Positions 36,057-44,320 of a stretch of 49,868 nucleotides of DNA are shown here, piece by piece. The translations under genes were made by a program, and so were the position numbers. The stretch's first letter is position 1, and each line of letters opens with the position of its first letter. The notes under the pieces were generated by a model, which searched no databases, was not told where the DNA came from, and worked only from the letters and a program-made list of their open reading frames with translations. This DNA is from a virus (taxonomy: Duplodnaviria > Caudoviricetes): positions 1 through 49,868 of IMG/VR virus record IMGVR_UViG_3300014655_000001; one strand, given 5' to 3'.

Positions 36057-36285
36057 TATTCCCCACGCCAAGATTGGAAACTGTAGCGCCATACTATTAA
36101 ACCGTCTTCAATGCTGGCGTGCGGCGGATTATCAAGTGCAAGAAGCCACTGTAGAACCCGCAGTAGCCGCAGTAGCAGCTACTAAAGACTCTCCGGCTGT
36201 AGAAGCTGTGGAGGAGAAAGTCTCTCAGCGTACATATCAGCTTTGTGCATTTCACAAGAATCTCGAAACACCAACCACAGCGTAG
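36022..36285 (+). CDS. Small hypothetical protein (C...C...CxxH)
   Basis: 87 aa with AAGGAG SD and an internal AVAAVAA low-complexity insert. Confidence 0.7.
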   Translation: MPTTKQFTALVDIPHAKIGNCSAILLNRLQCWRAADYQVQEATVEPAVAAVAATKDSPAVEAVEEKVSQRTYQLCAFHKNLETPTTA

Positions 36286-36309
36286 AAACTAAAGGAGCAG
36301 GGAATCTTT

Positions 36310-36639
36310 ATGAAAACACTGAAAGAAGGCGCAGTTAATAATAGACGAAAGCGGAAATACTGTGCTGAGACAGGCCAGTGGATTAGTTTTCGTCATTGGA
36401 AAGCTCATAAGTTAGCACTGCAACAAATCGCTGAAGCAAAGAAAAACCAAGAAGCATACTCAAATGAAACTCCAATTTGGAATCCTTTGCAGAATAGAGT
36501 TCGTGAGCAGGAAAAAGAGATCAATGATCTAAAGCAAAAGCTACACAAGCAAATGCAGGTACTTAACGGCTACAGAGAAACTCTTGGTTCAGCGGGTAGA
36601 CTGCTCGCTGCATTAGTGGATGTTTCTGAAATCAACTAA
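36310..36639 (+). CDS. Coiled-coil hypothetical protein
   Basis: 109 aa with AAGGAG upstream. Confidence 0.7.
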   Translation: MKTLKEGAVNNRRKRKYCAETGQWISFRHWKAHKLALQQIAEAKKNQEAYSNETPIWNPLQNRVREQEKEINDLKQKLHKQMQVLNGYRETLGSAGRLLAALVDVSEIN

Positions 36640-36649
36640 GGAGCAGGAT

Positions 36650-37450
36650 ATGTCCACGACACCAACTACACCGAGTCCGCCGCTTGATCCTTTTAAGGGT
36701 ATGTTAGGAGAATCCGCCACAAACATTAAGGCCCACGAATGGCTGAAGATCGCTATTCTAGGGAAGCCCAAGACTGGGAAGAGTACCTTAATGTCTACAG
36801 CACCCAAGCCTATTAGGGTGTATGACTTTGATAATAGGGCAGAAAGTCTTGCAGGAAAAGAAGGACTCTTTATTCTGAGTCGTCCTTCGATGCTAGATGT
36901 AGAGCAAGACCTTAGCATTATGAAGGCTAACAAGATTAAGAAGCTCCCTCTCCCCGCGACCGTAGCGTTTGATTCAATAACCTTTATGAACCGCGCTATG
37001 GAAGAGGAGATTTTCAGGCAAGACCCTAAGTTGTATCGCACTATTAGGGTAGGCAACAGCACAGGAATGAAAATTCGTAATTCGTGGGATGTGATAAATG
37101 GAATACAAAGATACATCGAATACCTTATTGCGGAGTTTTCTGGCTTGGGCGTCAACATTATCTTTGTATTCCACGAAAAGGACGAAAAGGATAAAGCTGA
37201 ATCAACTACTACCGAGACTAAATATACGGGCCTTGTCACAGTTGATCCGCAATATCTTGCCAACAGCCTCAGCTTATTTAATGAGATCTATAGAATAACA
37301 GTAGACGGCTCCAAGAAGTACACCGTCACATGCCGTCCAAACTACGACGTAATAGCCAGCACTACAATGATGCTGGATGCTACAGAGCCACCGGATATCA
37401 TGGCGATGATTGCAAAGCACGAACAGCGTCGTGCTGCACAGAAAGTTTAA
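36650..37450 (+). CDS. Sak4-like AAA (AAA_24) recombination ATPase
   Basis: GKPKTGKST, YDFD, VAFDSIT and IFVFHE. It lies between the exonuclease and SSB. Confidence 0.8.
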   Translation: MSTTPTTPSPPLDPFKGMLGESATNIKAHEWLKIAILGKPKTGKSTLMSTAPKPIRVYDFDNRAESLAGKEGLFILSRPSMLDVEQDLSIMKANKIKKLPLPATVAFDSITFMNRAMEEEIFRQDPKLYRTIRVGNSTGMKIRNSWDVINGIQRYIEYLIAEFSGLGVNIIFVFHEKDEKDKAESTTTETKYTGLVTVDPQYLANSLSLFNEIYRITVDGSKKYTVTCRPNYDVIASTTMMLDATEPPDIMAMIAKHEQRRAAQKV

Positions 37451-37481
37451 CCTAACTCACACTACAAAGGAGCAGTATATC

Positions 37482-37982
37482 ATGGCATTTCAAATGAATT
37501 TCAGCAAAGAAGAACTTTCCGGCGCACCTCCAGTACCAGCCGGATGGTATACAGTGCAGTTCAAACAGTTTAAACCACGTGCTAGTAAAGCTGGAGATTC
37601 AGCCTCGCTGAACGCGGAGCTTGCTATCGTCGCGCCGACAGAGTACGAGAACCGTCGCGTATTCGTGGGCATGAACACCAAGATGGCTTTCATGTGGCCG
37701 GACTTCGTTCACGCTGCGGGCCTTCCTATGGAAGAAGTCCAAGATGAGAATGCGGGGACAGAGAAAGCTAACTACACGCTTCCAGGAGTCTTCGAGAACT
37801 CCGATACGGCGCCGGATAAGCCTGAGACGTGGAAGTACCTAGGCCCACTCACCAATAAGACGATGGAAGTTGAACTGTGTGAGACGGAGTATCAGGGCAA
37901 AAAGCGCAATGAAGTGCGGCAGTTTAAGTGTGCCGTCGCGGGTTGCACTGACAAGCACTCCACAAATCTGATTAAAAACTAG
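37482..37982 (+). CDS. Putative single-stranded DNA-binding protein (DUF669-like)
   Basis: PVPAGWY...SKAG...Y-x-G-x-x-RNEV-x-x-F, downstream of the Sak4-like gene. Confidence 0.7.
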   Translation: MAFQMNFSKEELSGAPPVPAGWYTVQFKQFKPRASKAGDSASLNAELAIVAPTEYENRRVFVGMNTKMAFMWPDFVHAAGLPMEEVQDENAGTEKANYTLPGVFENSDTAPDKPETWKYLGPLTNKTMEVELCETEYQGKKRNEVRQFKCAVAGCTDKHSTNLIKN

Positions 37983-38001
37983 CAAAGACTAGGAGGCGCA
38001 T

Positions 38002-38193
38002 GTGCGCTGGCAGTGTCAGTTTGTAAACTCTGATGATAGCCGATGCAAGAATGAAGCCTTGCATCGGCTTCACTTTGCTTCTGAGCATCTTTTTGATTTC
38101 ACGGATTGCTGTGAAGAGCATCTCGAAGAGTACAAGTTTTTCTGCTGGACGGAAGACTTACATGATAAGAATGGAGAAATTATTACGCAATGA
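38002..38193 (+). CDS. Small Cys/His protein
   Basis: C...C...CCEEH with AGGAGG SD. Confidence 0.65.
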   Translation: MRWQCQFVNSDDSRCKNEALHRLHFASEHLFDFTDCCEEHLEEYKFFCWTEDLHDKNGEIITQ

Positions 38194-38528
38194 GCGAAGG
38201 ATGGATTGCAGTAGATTTGGATGGTACTCTCGCCAAGTATACGGAGTATCATGGCCCTACAGTCATAGGAGAACCAATTCCTCTGATGGTAGCTAGAGTG
38301 AAGAAATGGCTCACTCTCTCACAAGAAGTACGTATTTTTACCGCTCGCGTAGCGGATCAAACCACGCGCAGCGCCGTTACAGTGGCGATTCAAAACTGGT
38401 GCATTTTGCACATAGGGCAGATTCTCCCTATCACTAACAAAAAAGATCACCATATGATTGAGTTGTGGGATGATAGGTGCGTACAGGTTGAGCCAAATAC
38501 TGGCAGACGTGTGGATGGTAAAGGCTAG
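38190..38528 (+). CDS. Capless HAD-family phosphatase (PNK 3'-phosphatase-like)
   Basis: IAVDLDGTLA, IFTAR, K and WDDR motifs. Confidence 0.82.
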   Translation: MSEGWIAVDLDGTLAKYTEYHGPTVIGEPIPLMVARVKKWLTLSQEVRIFTARVADQTTRSAVTVAIQNWCILHIGQILPITNKKDHHMIELWDDRCVQVEPNTGRRVDGKG

Positions 38529-38530
38529 AG

Positions 38531-39625
38531 ATGCCCTTCATAGCAAATCGCGGTGAGCCAGCCTCTAAGATATGGATAATCCTAGAGCGTCCTTACGGCT
38601 CGGATATTCCTAAAGGCGTCCTCTTAAGCGGTGGAATGGGATCAGTGTATGCTAAAATGTTTAGAGAAGCTGGCCTTGAGCTTGATGATTGTTACGTGTG
38701 TTGTAGGCGTCCTAACACTGATGCTGATAATGCCTTTGCGATTTTTGATGGGCCTTTTAGCCAGTACCAGCCACCGTTTATACTTACTGTTAATGAGGTT
38801 GGAGCATCTTATTTGCCTGAAATGTGCGTAAAGGGTGATAAGGATGTGTGGAGAAAACAGCTTCAAAAGAATGCTGGCTCGTTACTTCATAGCACAAAGA
38901 TTCCACACCCTCACTACATGATGCCAGTATACGGCCCAGACCGTGCAGTAAGTGATTGGCAAGAGCGTAACGTCACAACCTATGTGGACTTTCAAAAGCT
39001 CCGCGATGAGCTACAATATTATAGAAGGCATAGTGCTTTGCAGCCGCTGCCGGAGAGGAAGTTAGTATATGGAGATTTGCAGCTTGACAAAATCTTGCAG
39101 TATCTCAACCGATTCAAAAACAGTCCTCTGCTCTCAGTCGATATTGAAACAGTATACCCTAGGGAGAGGAGTGCCTATCATCCGCACCCAGGTTATCCCG
39201 TCACAATTGGTATTGCTGATTCCGCAGCCTTTGGAATCTCATTCAACTTATTTCGTAATGATCCAAAGGAAAATCGCATTCTTTGGCGAGCGATGGACGA
39301 TACATTCTCCAGCACGAAACTTCTGGGACAGAATTTTTTTAACTTTGATGCGCTTTTTCTGGAATCACTTGGGTTTAGAATTAGAATCGGAGATATTAGT
39401 GATACCTTGCTCCGACACCACATCCTATGGCCTGAATTGAGTCATAAGTTACAGTTTATGACGAGGCAGTATACGCGGGAGCCGTACTATAAGGATGAGG
39501 GACATGGTTGGAGTATCAAAAATATGGATAGGTTGCGGAGGTATAACTGTTTGGATGTTTGCGTAACCTACGAGATATACGAACAGCAAGAAGAAGAATT
39601 TAAGCAAAGACCGCACTTAAAATAA
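38531..39625 (+). CDS. DNA polymerase N-terminal subunit: degenerate family-4 UDG-like domain plus 3'-5' exonuclease
   Basis: RG-x-P-x-SKIWIILERP...G-x-x-LSG-x-x-G, ExoI SVDIET, ExoII GQNFFNFD, ExoIII YNCLDV. Confidence 0.85.
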   Translation: MPFIANRGEPASKIWIILERPYGSDIPKGVLLSGGMGSVYAKMFREAGLELDDCYVCCRRPNTDADNAFAIFDGPFSQYQPPFILTVNEVGASYLPEMCVKGDKDVWRKQLQKNAGSLLHSTKIPHPHYMMPVYGPDRAVSDWQERNVTTYVDFQKLRDELQYYRRHSALQPLPERKLVYGDLQLDKILQYLNRFKNSPLLSVDIETVYPRERSAYHPHPGYPVTIGIADSAAFGISFNLFRNDPKENRILWRAMDDTFSSTKLLGQNFFNFDALFLESLGFRIRIGDISDTLLRHHILWPELSHKLQFMTRQYTREPYYKDEGHGWSIKNMDRLRRYNCLDVCVTYEIYEQQEEEFKQRPHLK

Positions 39626-39860
39626 AGGGAATTACGTACTTAACTCCCTAGAAAGGAGAACATGATGGCTCGATACGAATTAACGGCGATTCCGCGCCGA
39701 TGGGTCAAGGATTGGATGTTAAATCTCTTGATTCTGGCTCTTGGCCACGAAATTCCGGCGCGGCAGCCGCTTCGGAGTTTGCTTTTCATCGAAAGGGACT
39801 CAAGTACATAAGTCCCATAAAAAGGGTACGCGCCCGCCTCGCTGCGGGGAAGGAGCCAAA

Positions 39861-40310
39861 ATGACCGACGCGAAGATACCGGACGACCTGAAGGACGACT
39901 ACCGCATCTGGAGCACAGGGAAGAATGTGCGCCCGACTGCGGAGGAGCACATTGCCCTTATCGAGCGCATCGCACGCTTGGAGCAGGAGCGCGACGAGTT
40001 GAGAGCACAACTTGCTGATGCAGATTTTGACTTCGGCGGCTGGAGGGCAATTAAAACGCGCTTGAAGCAGGAGCGCGACGCCCTTGCGCTGAAGGTGCAA
40101 AGACTGAGTGCGCCGGTGAACGATGATGCGTTTGACCTGTTGATGCGTATCGTTGGCAAGCTACACGCCATTCTACCTATCGTGGACGGTTTTATTGCGC
40201 TTCAAGCAGTTCGTAGCGGCAATGCGAACATCTACAACGGGCCTTCGCTAGAACAAGAGTTGAAGGAAGCAGACGCGCTGATCGCAGAACGGAAGGAGCC
40301 AAAATCCTGA
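39861..40310 (+). CDS. Coiled-coil hypothetical protein (GC-richer insert)
   Basis: AAGGAG SD before the ATG at 39861. Internal repeat LEQERD/LKQERD. Confidence 0.7.
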   Translation: MTDAKIPDDLKDDYRIWSTGKNVRPTAEEHIALIERIARLEQERDELRAQLADADFDFGGWRAIKTRLKQERDALALKVQRLSAPVNDDAFDLLMRIVGKLHAILPIVDGFIALQAVRSGNANIYNGPSLEQELKEADALIAERKEPKS

Positions 40311-40483
40311 TGCTCTGTCAAGAAATAATCCGCACATCAAAACTAACATCCACATACTGTATGCGGCCCAAAGGACATAGTGGGAAGCATTATATTGTGG
40401 ATAAGGAACCTACAGAGGAAGAGCTTAAAGCGTTGCAGAGGGAGGATACTCATGGACAAGCTCCAGCTAAAGAAGGAGTGTGA
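40310..40483 (+). CDS. Small C2H2-type protein (57 aa, not in ORF track)
   Basis: MLCQEIIRTSKLTSTYCMRPKGHSGKHY..., the same motif as 35856-36056. TGATG coupling. Confidence 0.6.
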   Translation: MLCQEIIRTSKLTSTYCMRPKGHSGKHYIVDKEPTEEELKALQREDTHGQAPAKEGV

Positions 40484-40634
40484 AAATACTCCACAAGGCT
40501 ATTCTTACTCAGAGTCACAACTAGCTTATTATTTTCATATCAGAAAAGGTGATACGATATGGCGAATAAGAATTAAAAAAGATGACAAGAGATGGGAAAC
40601 TCATAAGGTAGATAATGGACCGTATAACTTCTAG
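40452..40634 (+). CDS. Small basic hypothetical protein
   Basis: GGAGG SD before the ATG at 40452. Confidence 0.6.
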   Translation: MDKLQLKKECENTPQGYSYSESQLAYYFHIRKGDTIWRIRIKKDDKRWETHKVDNGPYNF

Positions 40635-42105
40635 CTACGAGCACGCCTTACAAGCAGCGTATTACCACATCGGTAATCGTGGCATACGCTTCAACGTAGC
40701 GCGTGGTGCGGAGGCCAATGCTATTGTCAAGGCGGAGATAGCGCGGCAGCTTGCTATTATGTCCTCTCTCTGGTCGTGTAAAGTTTTCATAGGAGCTGCG
40801 AACAATCCAGTAGAAGTCGAAGGAGCCTTTAGCGGCGCTGTTAATCTGAATGCCACACAAGGCAAGTACCGTCTCCTAGATAAGCTCAAAGCTCTAGGAT
40901 ACGAGGTGCCAAAAGTTTCCAAGAAGAACGAGGAGGGAGAATATGAGTCCAAGGAGAGTACGGAAGAACTCGTACTCCAAAAAATGCTTCAGAAAAACCA
41001 ATTTAACTATCCCGGCGGTGACCCTGCTCTTAAAGCGATACTCAAAGTACGCGAGCTTGGCAAACTCCAATCCACCTATCTTAACGCTAGACTCTTTAGC
41101 CGAGCCGGGGATGCCTACTTTTTGTGTAATTATAACGTCGCGGGTACCGTTACAGGACGACGTTCCTCTAGAAGACATACCTTTGGATTTGGTAATAACT
41201 CTCAGAATTTCCCTAAGCATTCAGATGTTGCTGCGCTTGCTAGGAGATGCTTCACAGCTAGACCAGGAAATATCTTCCTAATGGTAGATCAGATAAGTGC
41301 AGAGGATTGGCCTGTATCCGCACTCTCTGAGAATCATACAGCACTCGCGGAGTTACGTGGTGGCGTGGATCGTCACACCAAGCTGGCTAGTGAAATCTTC
41401 GGCATCCCCATAACCTCTCGCACTAAGCGCGAGTGGAAAGAAAGCATAGAGCGTTATCTCGGCAAAAAGACTCGCCACGCCTCCAACTACGACGAGCGCG
41501 CTACTATGATGAGCGACTCTCTAATCAAAGAGGGTTTCTACTATCCAGTCAAAGACTGTGAATTCCTTCTTCTTAAAATGGGCCAACTTGATCCTAATGT
41601 GAAAGGTGTGTTTCATCGCTATGTCCAAGAAACAGTCAGCCGCACACACATGCTCGTCACTCCGTTCGGTAGAGAACGCCAGTTCCTCAGTGCCAGACCC
41701 GCAGACCACAACAGTACTGTCTTTAAAGAAGCCTACGCCTATATCCCCCAATCGACTGTTGGCGACAATACGGGATTTGCGGTGCTCGATCTTGAAACTA
41801 GATATCCAGTTGAGGAACGGTTTATCGTACAGGAAGGACACGACTCCATTGTTCAAGACCTGCGAGACGATACGGAGGCTGTCTACAAATACCTCCTACG
41901 AACTCAATCTGCATTTGCTAGACGTATCAAATTTCATAACGGGATTGAAGTTGAAATCCCCATCGAAGCAGAAGTTGCGTATGACTTCAATACCACTGTT
42001 AAAATCGGAGAGTTTTCTAGAGCAGGAGTTAAAAAGGCTATTGAAGAACTCAAAGAGGAAGTTGCAAAGCAAGCAAGGGATAAAGGCACACTAGTCACAG
42101 CGTAA
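40615..42105 (+). CDS. Family A DNA polymerase, polymerase subunit
   Basis: KLQSTY, GTVTGRRSS, NSQNFP, motif A MVDQISAE, motif B R-x-x-GKKTRHASNY, TPFGRER, PQST-x-x-D, motif C GHDSIV. Confidence 0.9.
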   Translation: MDRITSSYEHALQAAYYHIGNRGIRFNVARGAEANAIVKAEIARQLAIMSSLWSCKVFIGAANNPVEVEGAFSGAVNLNATQGKYRLLDKLKALGYEVPKVSKKNEEGEYESKESTEELVLQKMLQKNQFNYPGGDPALKAILKVRELGKLQSTYLNARLFSRAGDAYFLCNYNVAGTVTGRRSSRRHTFGFGNNSQNFPKHSDVAALARRCFTARPGNIFLMVDQISAEDWPVSALSENHTALAELRGGVDRHTKLASEIFGIPITSRTKREWKESIERYLGKKTRHASNYDERATMMSDSLIKEGFYYPVKDCEFLLLKMGQLDPNVKGVFHRYVQETVSRTHMLVTPFGRERQFLSARPADHNSTVFKEAYAYIPQSTVGDNTGFAVLDLETRYPVEERFIVQEGHDSIVQDLRDDTEAVYKYLLRTQSAFARRIKFHNGIEVEIPIEAEVAYDFNTTVKIGEFSRAGVKKAIEELKEEVAKQARDKGTLVTA

Positions 42106-42122
42106 ATAACATAAAAGCAGGG

Positions 42123-43364
42123 ATGGGAACAGTGGCTAGATTACTAGGTAAGCCGTGGCATGAGAGTTTCTGGCAGTGCGTACATCCTCACACGGATGCT
42201 CCTGATTCGTTTATTTTGTGGAGTGCTATCTCTCTTATAGGGGCTACGCTTAAGAATAATGTGCATTTTGAGATTGGAACATACACGCTGTATCCGAATC
42301 AGTTTATTGTACTGGTAGCCCCGCCAGGTATTGGTAAAGGTACAGCAATGTCTCTTATTGATGAGATCATTACTGGAGCTAAGCCACCCGTAGTAAATAC
42401 ACTCTCTGATCGCATTACAGCAGAACGCATAATCGAGCGTATTGCAGATGGCTGGCAAGCGCCGCCGAAGATAGTTAACAATCAACTTCAAATGGGAGCA
42501 CAGGATCATAACTGCTTGCTTTTTAGTAGTGAGTTGCGTATCCTACTTGGAGCTTCGGAGTGGATGCTAGAATTCTTGGAGGAATCATGGAGCAAAACTA
42601 CGTTCGACTATCAGACAAAGAACAAAGGCAATGTTTCCATTACCAGCATGTGTTGTTCGCTACTAGCTGCCTCCGTCCCAGATTTTTTGAGAAATGTAAG
42701 ACAAGAGGCTTCTATGGTTATTACTGGCGGTTTCTCTTCGAGGTGTCTATTCGTATATGCAGAATCTCCCTCAAAAGACTTGCCGTGGCCGGAACCACTT
42801 CAAAAGAATAAGAAAAGTAAGGAACTTTATGACAAGCTAGTACTAGACCTTCAAGAGATAGCTAAACTCCGCGGCGAGTTTAAAGTGACTACGGGTGCCA
42901 GGGTTATCTTTGAGAAGTTCCTAGTATCGAACAGACAGACAGCCACAATTGATGATTCGGAGGCGGTGTCAAATTTTAGGGCGCGTCTCAAAGCACACGT
43001 TCTCAAACTAGCAATGGTTCTCTCTGCCTCTCGTTCAGATAGTCTAGTAATCGACGACATAGACATGACGAATGCGATTGCAGAGATAAGCAAGGTTACA
43101 GCCTCTCTGGAGAAGCTCTTTCGCGGCGCCGGGGATAGTACGGATGCAGTTACGTCAGCACGCGTACAAGGTTTTATCGAGAAGCATGGTCAAACCACAC
43201 GTAAGGAGATTCTACGCGCCTTACACAGGCACATCGGAAATATGGAAACTCTTGACAGAATACTGTGGGTCTTGGAGACTATAGGATTCTGTGAGAAAAC
43301 CCTACAAGGCAAGATGGAAGTCATAAGACAAATAACACCAGGAAACGGAGTGAAGAAACCATAA
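42123..43364 (+). CDS. Putative replicative helicase (DUF3987/YfjI-like P-loop ATPase)
   Basis: YPN-x-FIVLVAPPGIGKGT, SSEL, GGFSSR, KLAMVLS and a winged-helix-like C-terminus. Confidence 0.72.
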   Translation: MGTVARLLGKPWHESFWQCVHPHTDAPDSFILWSAISLIGATLKNNVHFEIGTYTLYPNQFIVLVAPPGIGKGTAMSLIDEIITGAKPPVVNTLSDRITAERIIERIADGWQAPPKIVNNQLQMGAQDHNCLLFSSELRILLGASEWMLEFLEESWSKTTFDYQTKNKGNVSITSMCCSLLAASVPDFLRNVRQEASMVITGGFSSRCLFVYAESPSKDLPWPEPLQKNKKSKELYDKLVLDLQEIAKLRGEFKVTTGARVIFEKFLVSNRQTATIDDSEAVSNFRARLKAHVLKLAMVLSASRSDSLVIDDIDMTNAIAEISKVTASLEKLFRGAGDSTDAVTSARVQGFIEKHGQTTRKEILRALHRHIGNMETLDRILWVLETIGFCEKTLQGKMEVIRQITPGNGVKKP

Positions 43365-43867
43365 TGGAAAAAGAATTCGTATCAGAAAACGCCCAGGAAA
43401 TCACACTTGACGGCAGCAATAAAGTGTCCTTTCCTGACTTCCCGTACACCTTTACTGCTCTAGGCGACAAAGTCCTAATAACCTTAGACCAGTTTAAGAG
43501 CGGCTATGAGTGTGCCACGTGTAAAGGCAAAGGCAAAGTTGTTAGCAAACTAACTGAGAACCTAGTCCTCTGCCCTTCCTGCGAAGGCAAGTCCGTAAAG
43601 GAAGGTGGCATTATCATTCCTGACACCGCGAAGATGCTTGCTAACAGCGGCGTTGTAGTCTCTATGGGAGCTAAAGCGAGAAAGGAGTGTACAGAATACA
43701 AGCTCGGCGACCGTGTACTTTTCAGCGCCCACGCAGGTTCTCTCATTCCAACTAGAGCCGGCATTGCCTTCAAATACATGGACTGGTGGCAACCTATCGC
43801 ACTAGTAGATGGTGCGGAAGACTTATCTTCTTTTGACTTCATTGTGCCAGAAGACATACAACTCTAA
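43364..43867 (+). CDS. groES: GroES-like co-chaperonin with inserted CxxCxGxG zinc finger
   Basis: ALGDKVLI...[CATCKGKG...CPSCEGK]...GGIIIPDTAK...GVVVSMG...KLGDRVLFS-x-x-AG. Confidence 0.82.
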   Translation: MEKEFVSENAQEITLDGSNKVSFPDFPYTFTALGDKVLITLDQFKSGYECATCKGKGKVVSKLTENLVLCPSCEGKSVKEGGIIIPDTAKMLANSGVVVSMGAKARKECTEYKLGDRVLFSAHAGSLIPTRAGIAFKYMDWWQPIALVDGAEDLSSFDFIVPEDIQL

Positions 43868-43885
43868 AACACTCACATAGATACA

Positions 43886-43918
43886 AAAAGAGGGAGCTTT
43901 TTTAAGGCTCCCTCTTTT
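43886..43918. terminator. Bidirectional Rho-independent terminator
   Basis: AAAAGAGGGAGC...GCTCCCTCTTTT where the two genome arms converge. Confidence 0.85.
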
Positions 43919-43942
43919 ATTGCTATAAAGATTGTTTAACTA

Positions 43943-44320
43943 CTACGGAAGCACAAACCGCCATTGAAAATACCTTACACCTGTTGCGCCACCATAAGTA
44001 TGTGCCACGATACCGATTACCGGAGGCACCCACCATAGGCGAGTGTGTCCATGTTTCTTTAGTTCGTAGCTGCTGAACGTGGTCAGTGCAGTCGCGCCAG
44101 TCACCACCCCGAACTGTCCCCATGCGCTTGTCGGCATGAGCATATTTGCTTCAGCACAAGTTCCGGCCCGGATGCAGTCTTGAGTGATCGCAACATCCAG
44201 TAAACCCGCTGCATAATAGGAGGCGTTCAGCGCCACAAAAGGCTTGTCTATTGTGCGTGGTTGTGGCCCTAATTGCGCAAAGCAAGGAAGGCAGAGCGCG
44301 AGGATGAGGAGGTAGCGCAT
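43943..44320 (-). CDS. Exported/membrane protein with signal peptide
   Basis: MRYLLILALCLPCFA-Q, followed by hydrophobic helices and C...C-x-EAN. Confidence 0.7.
   Translation of the reverse strand: MRYLLILALCLPCFAQLGPQPRTIDKPFVALNASYYAAGLLDVAITQDCIRAGTCAEANMLMPTSAWGQFGVVTGATALTTFSSYELKKHGHTRLWWVPPVIGIVAHTYGGATGVRYFQWRFVLP

Noticed and set aside
39626-40614. Group I intron or intein splitting the polymerase
   Set aside because: No recognisable intron core, homing endonuclease or intein termini. The interval holds ordinary SD-led small ORFs.
270-43867. Stop-codon reassignment (suggested by the theta-type ribozyme)
   Set aside because: Long genes are intact in the standard code. TAG, TAA and TGA all end genes directly before the next SD or start, and no suppressor anticodon is present.
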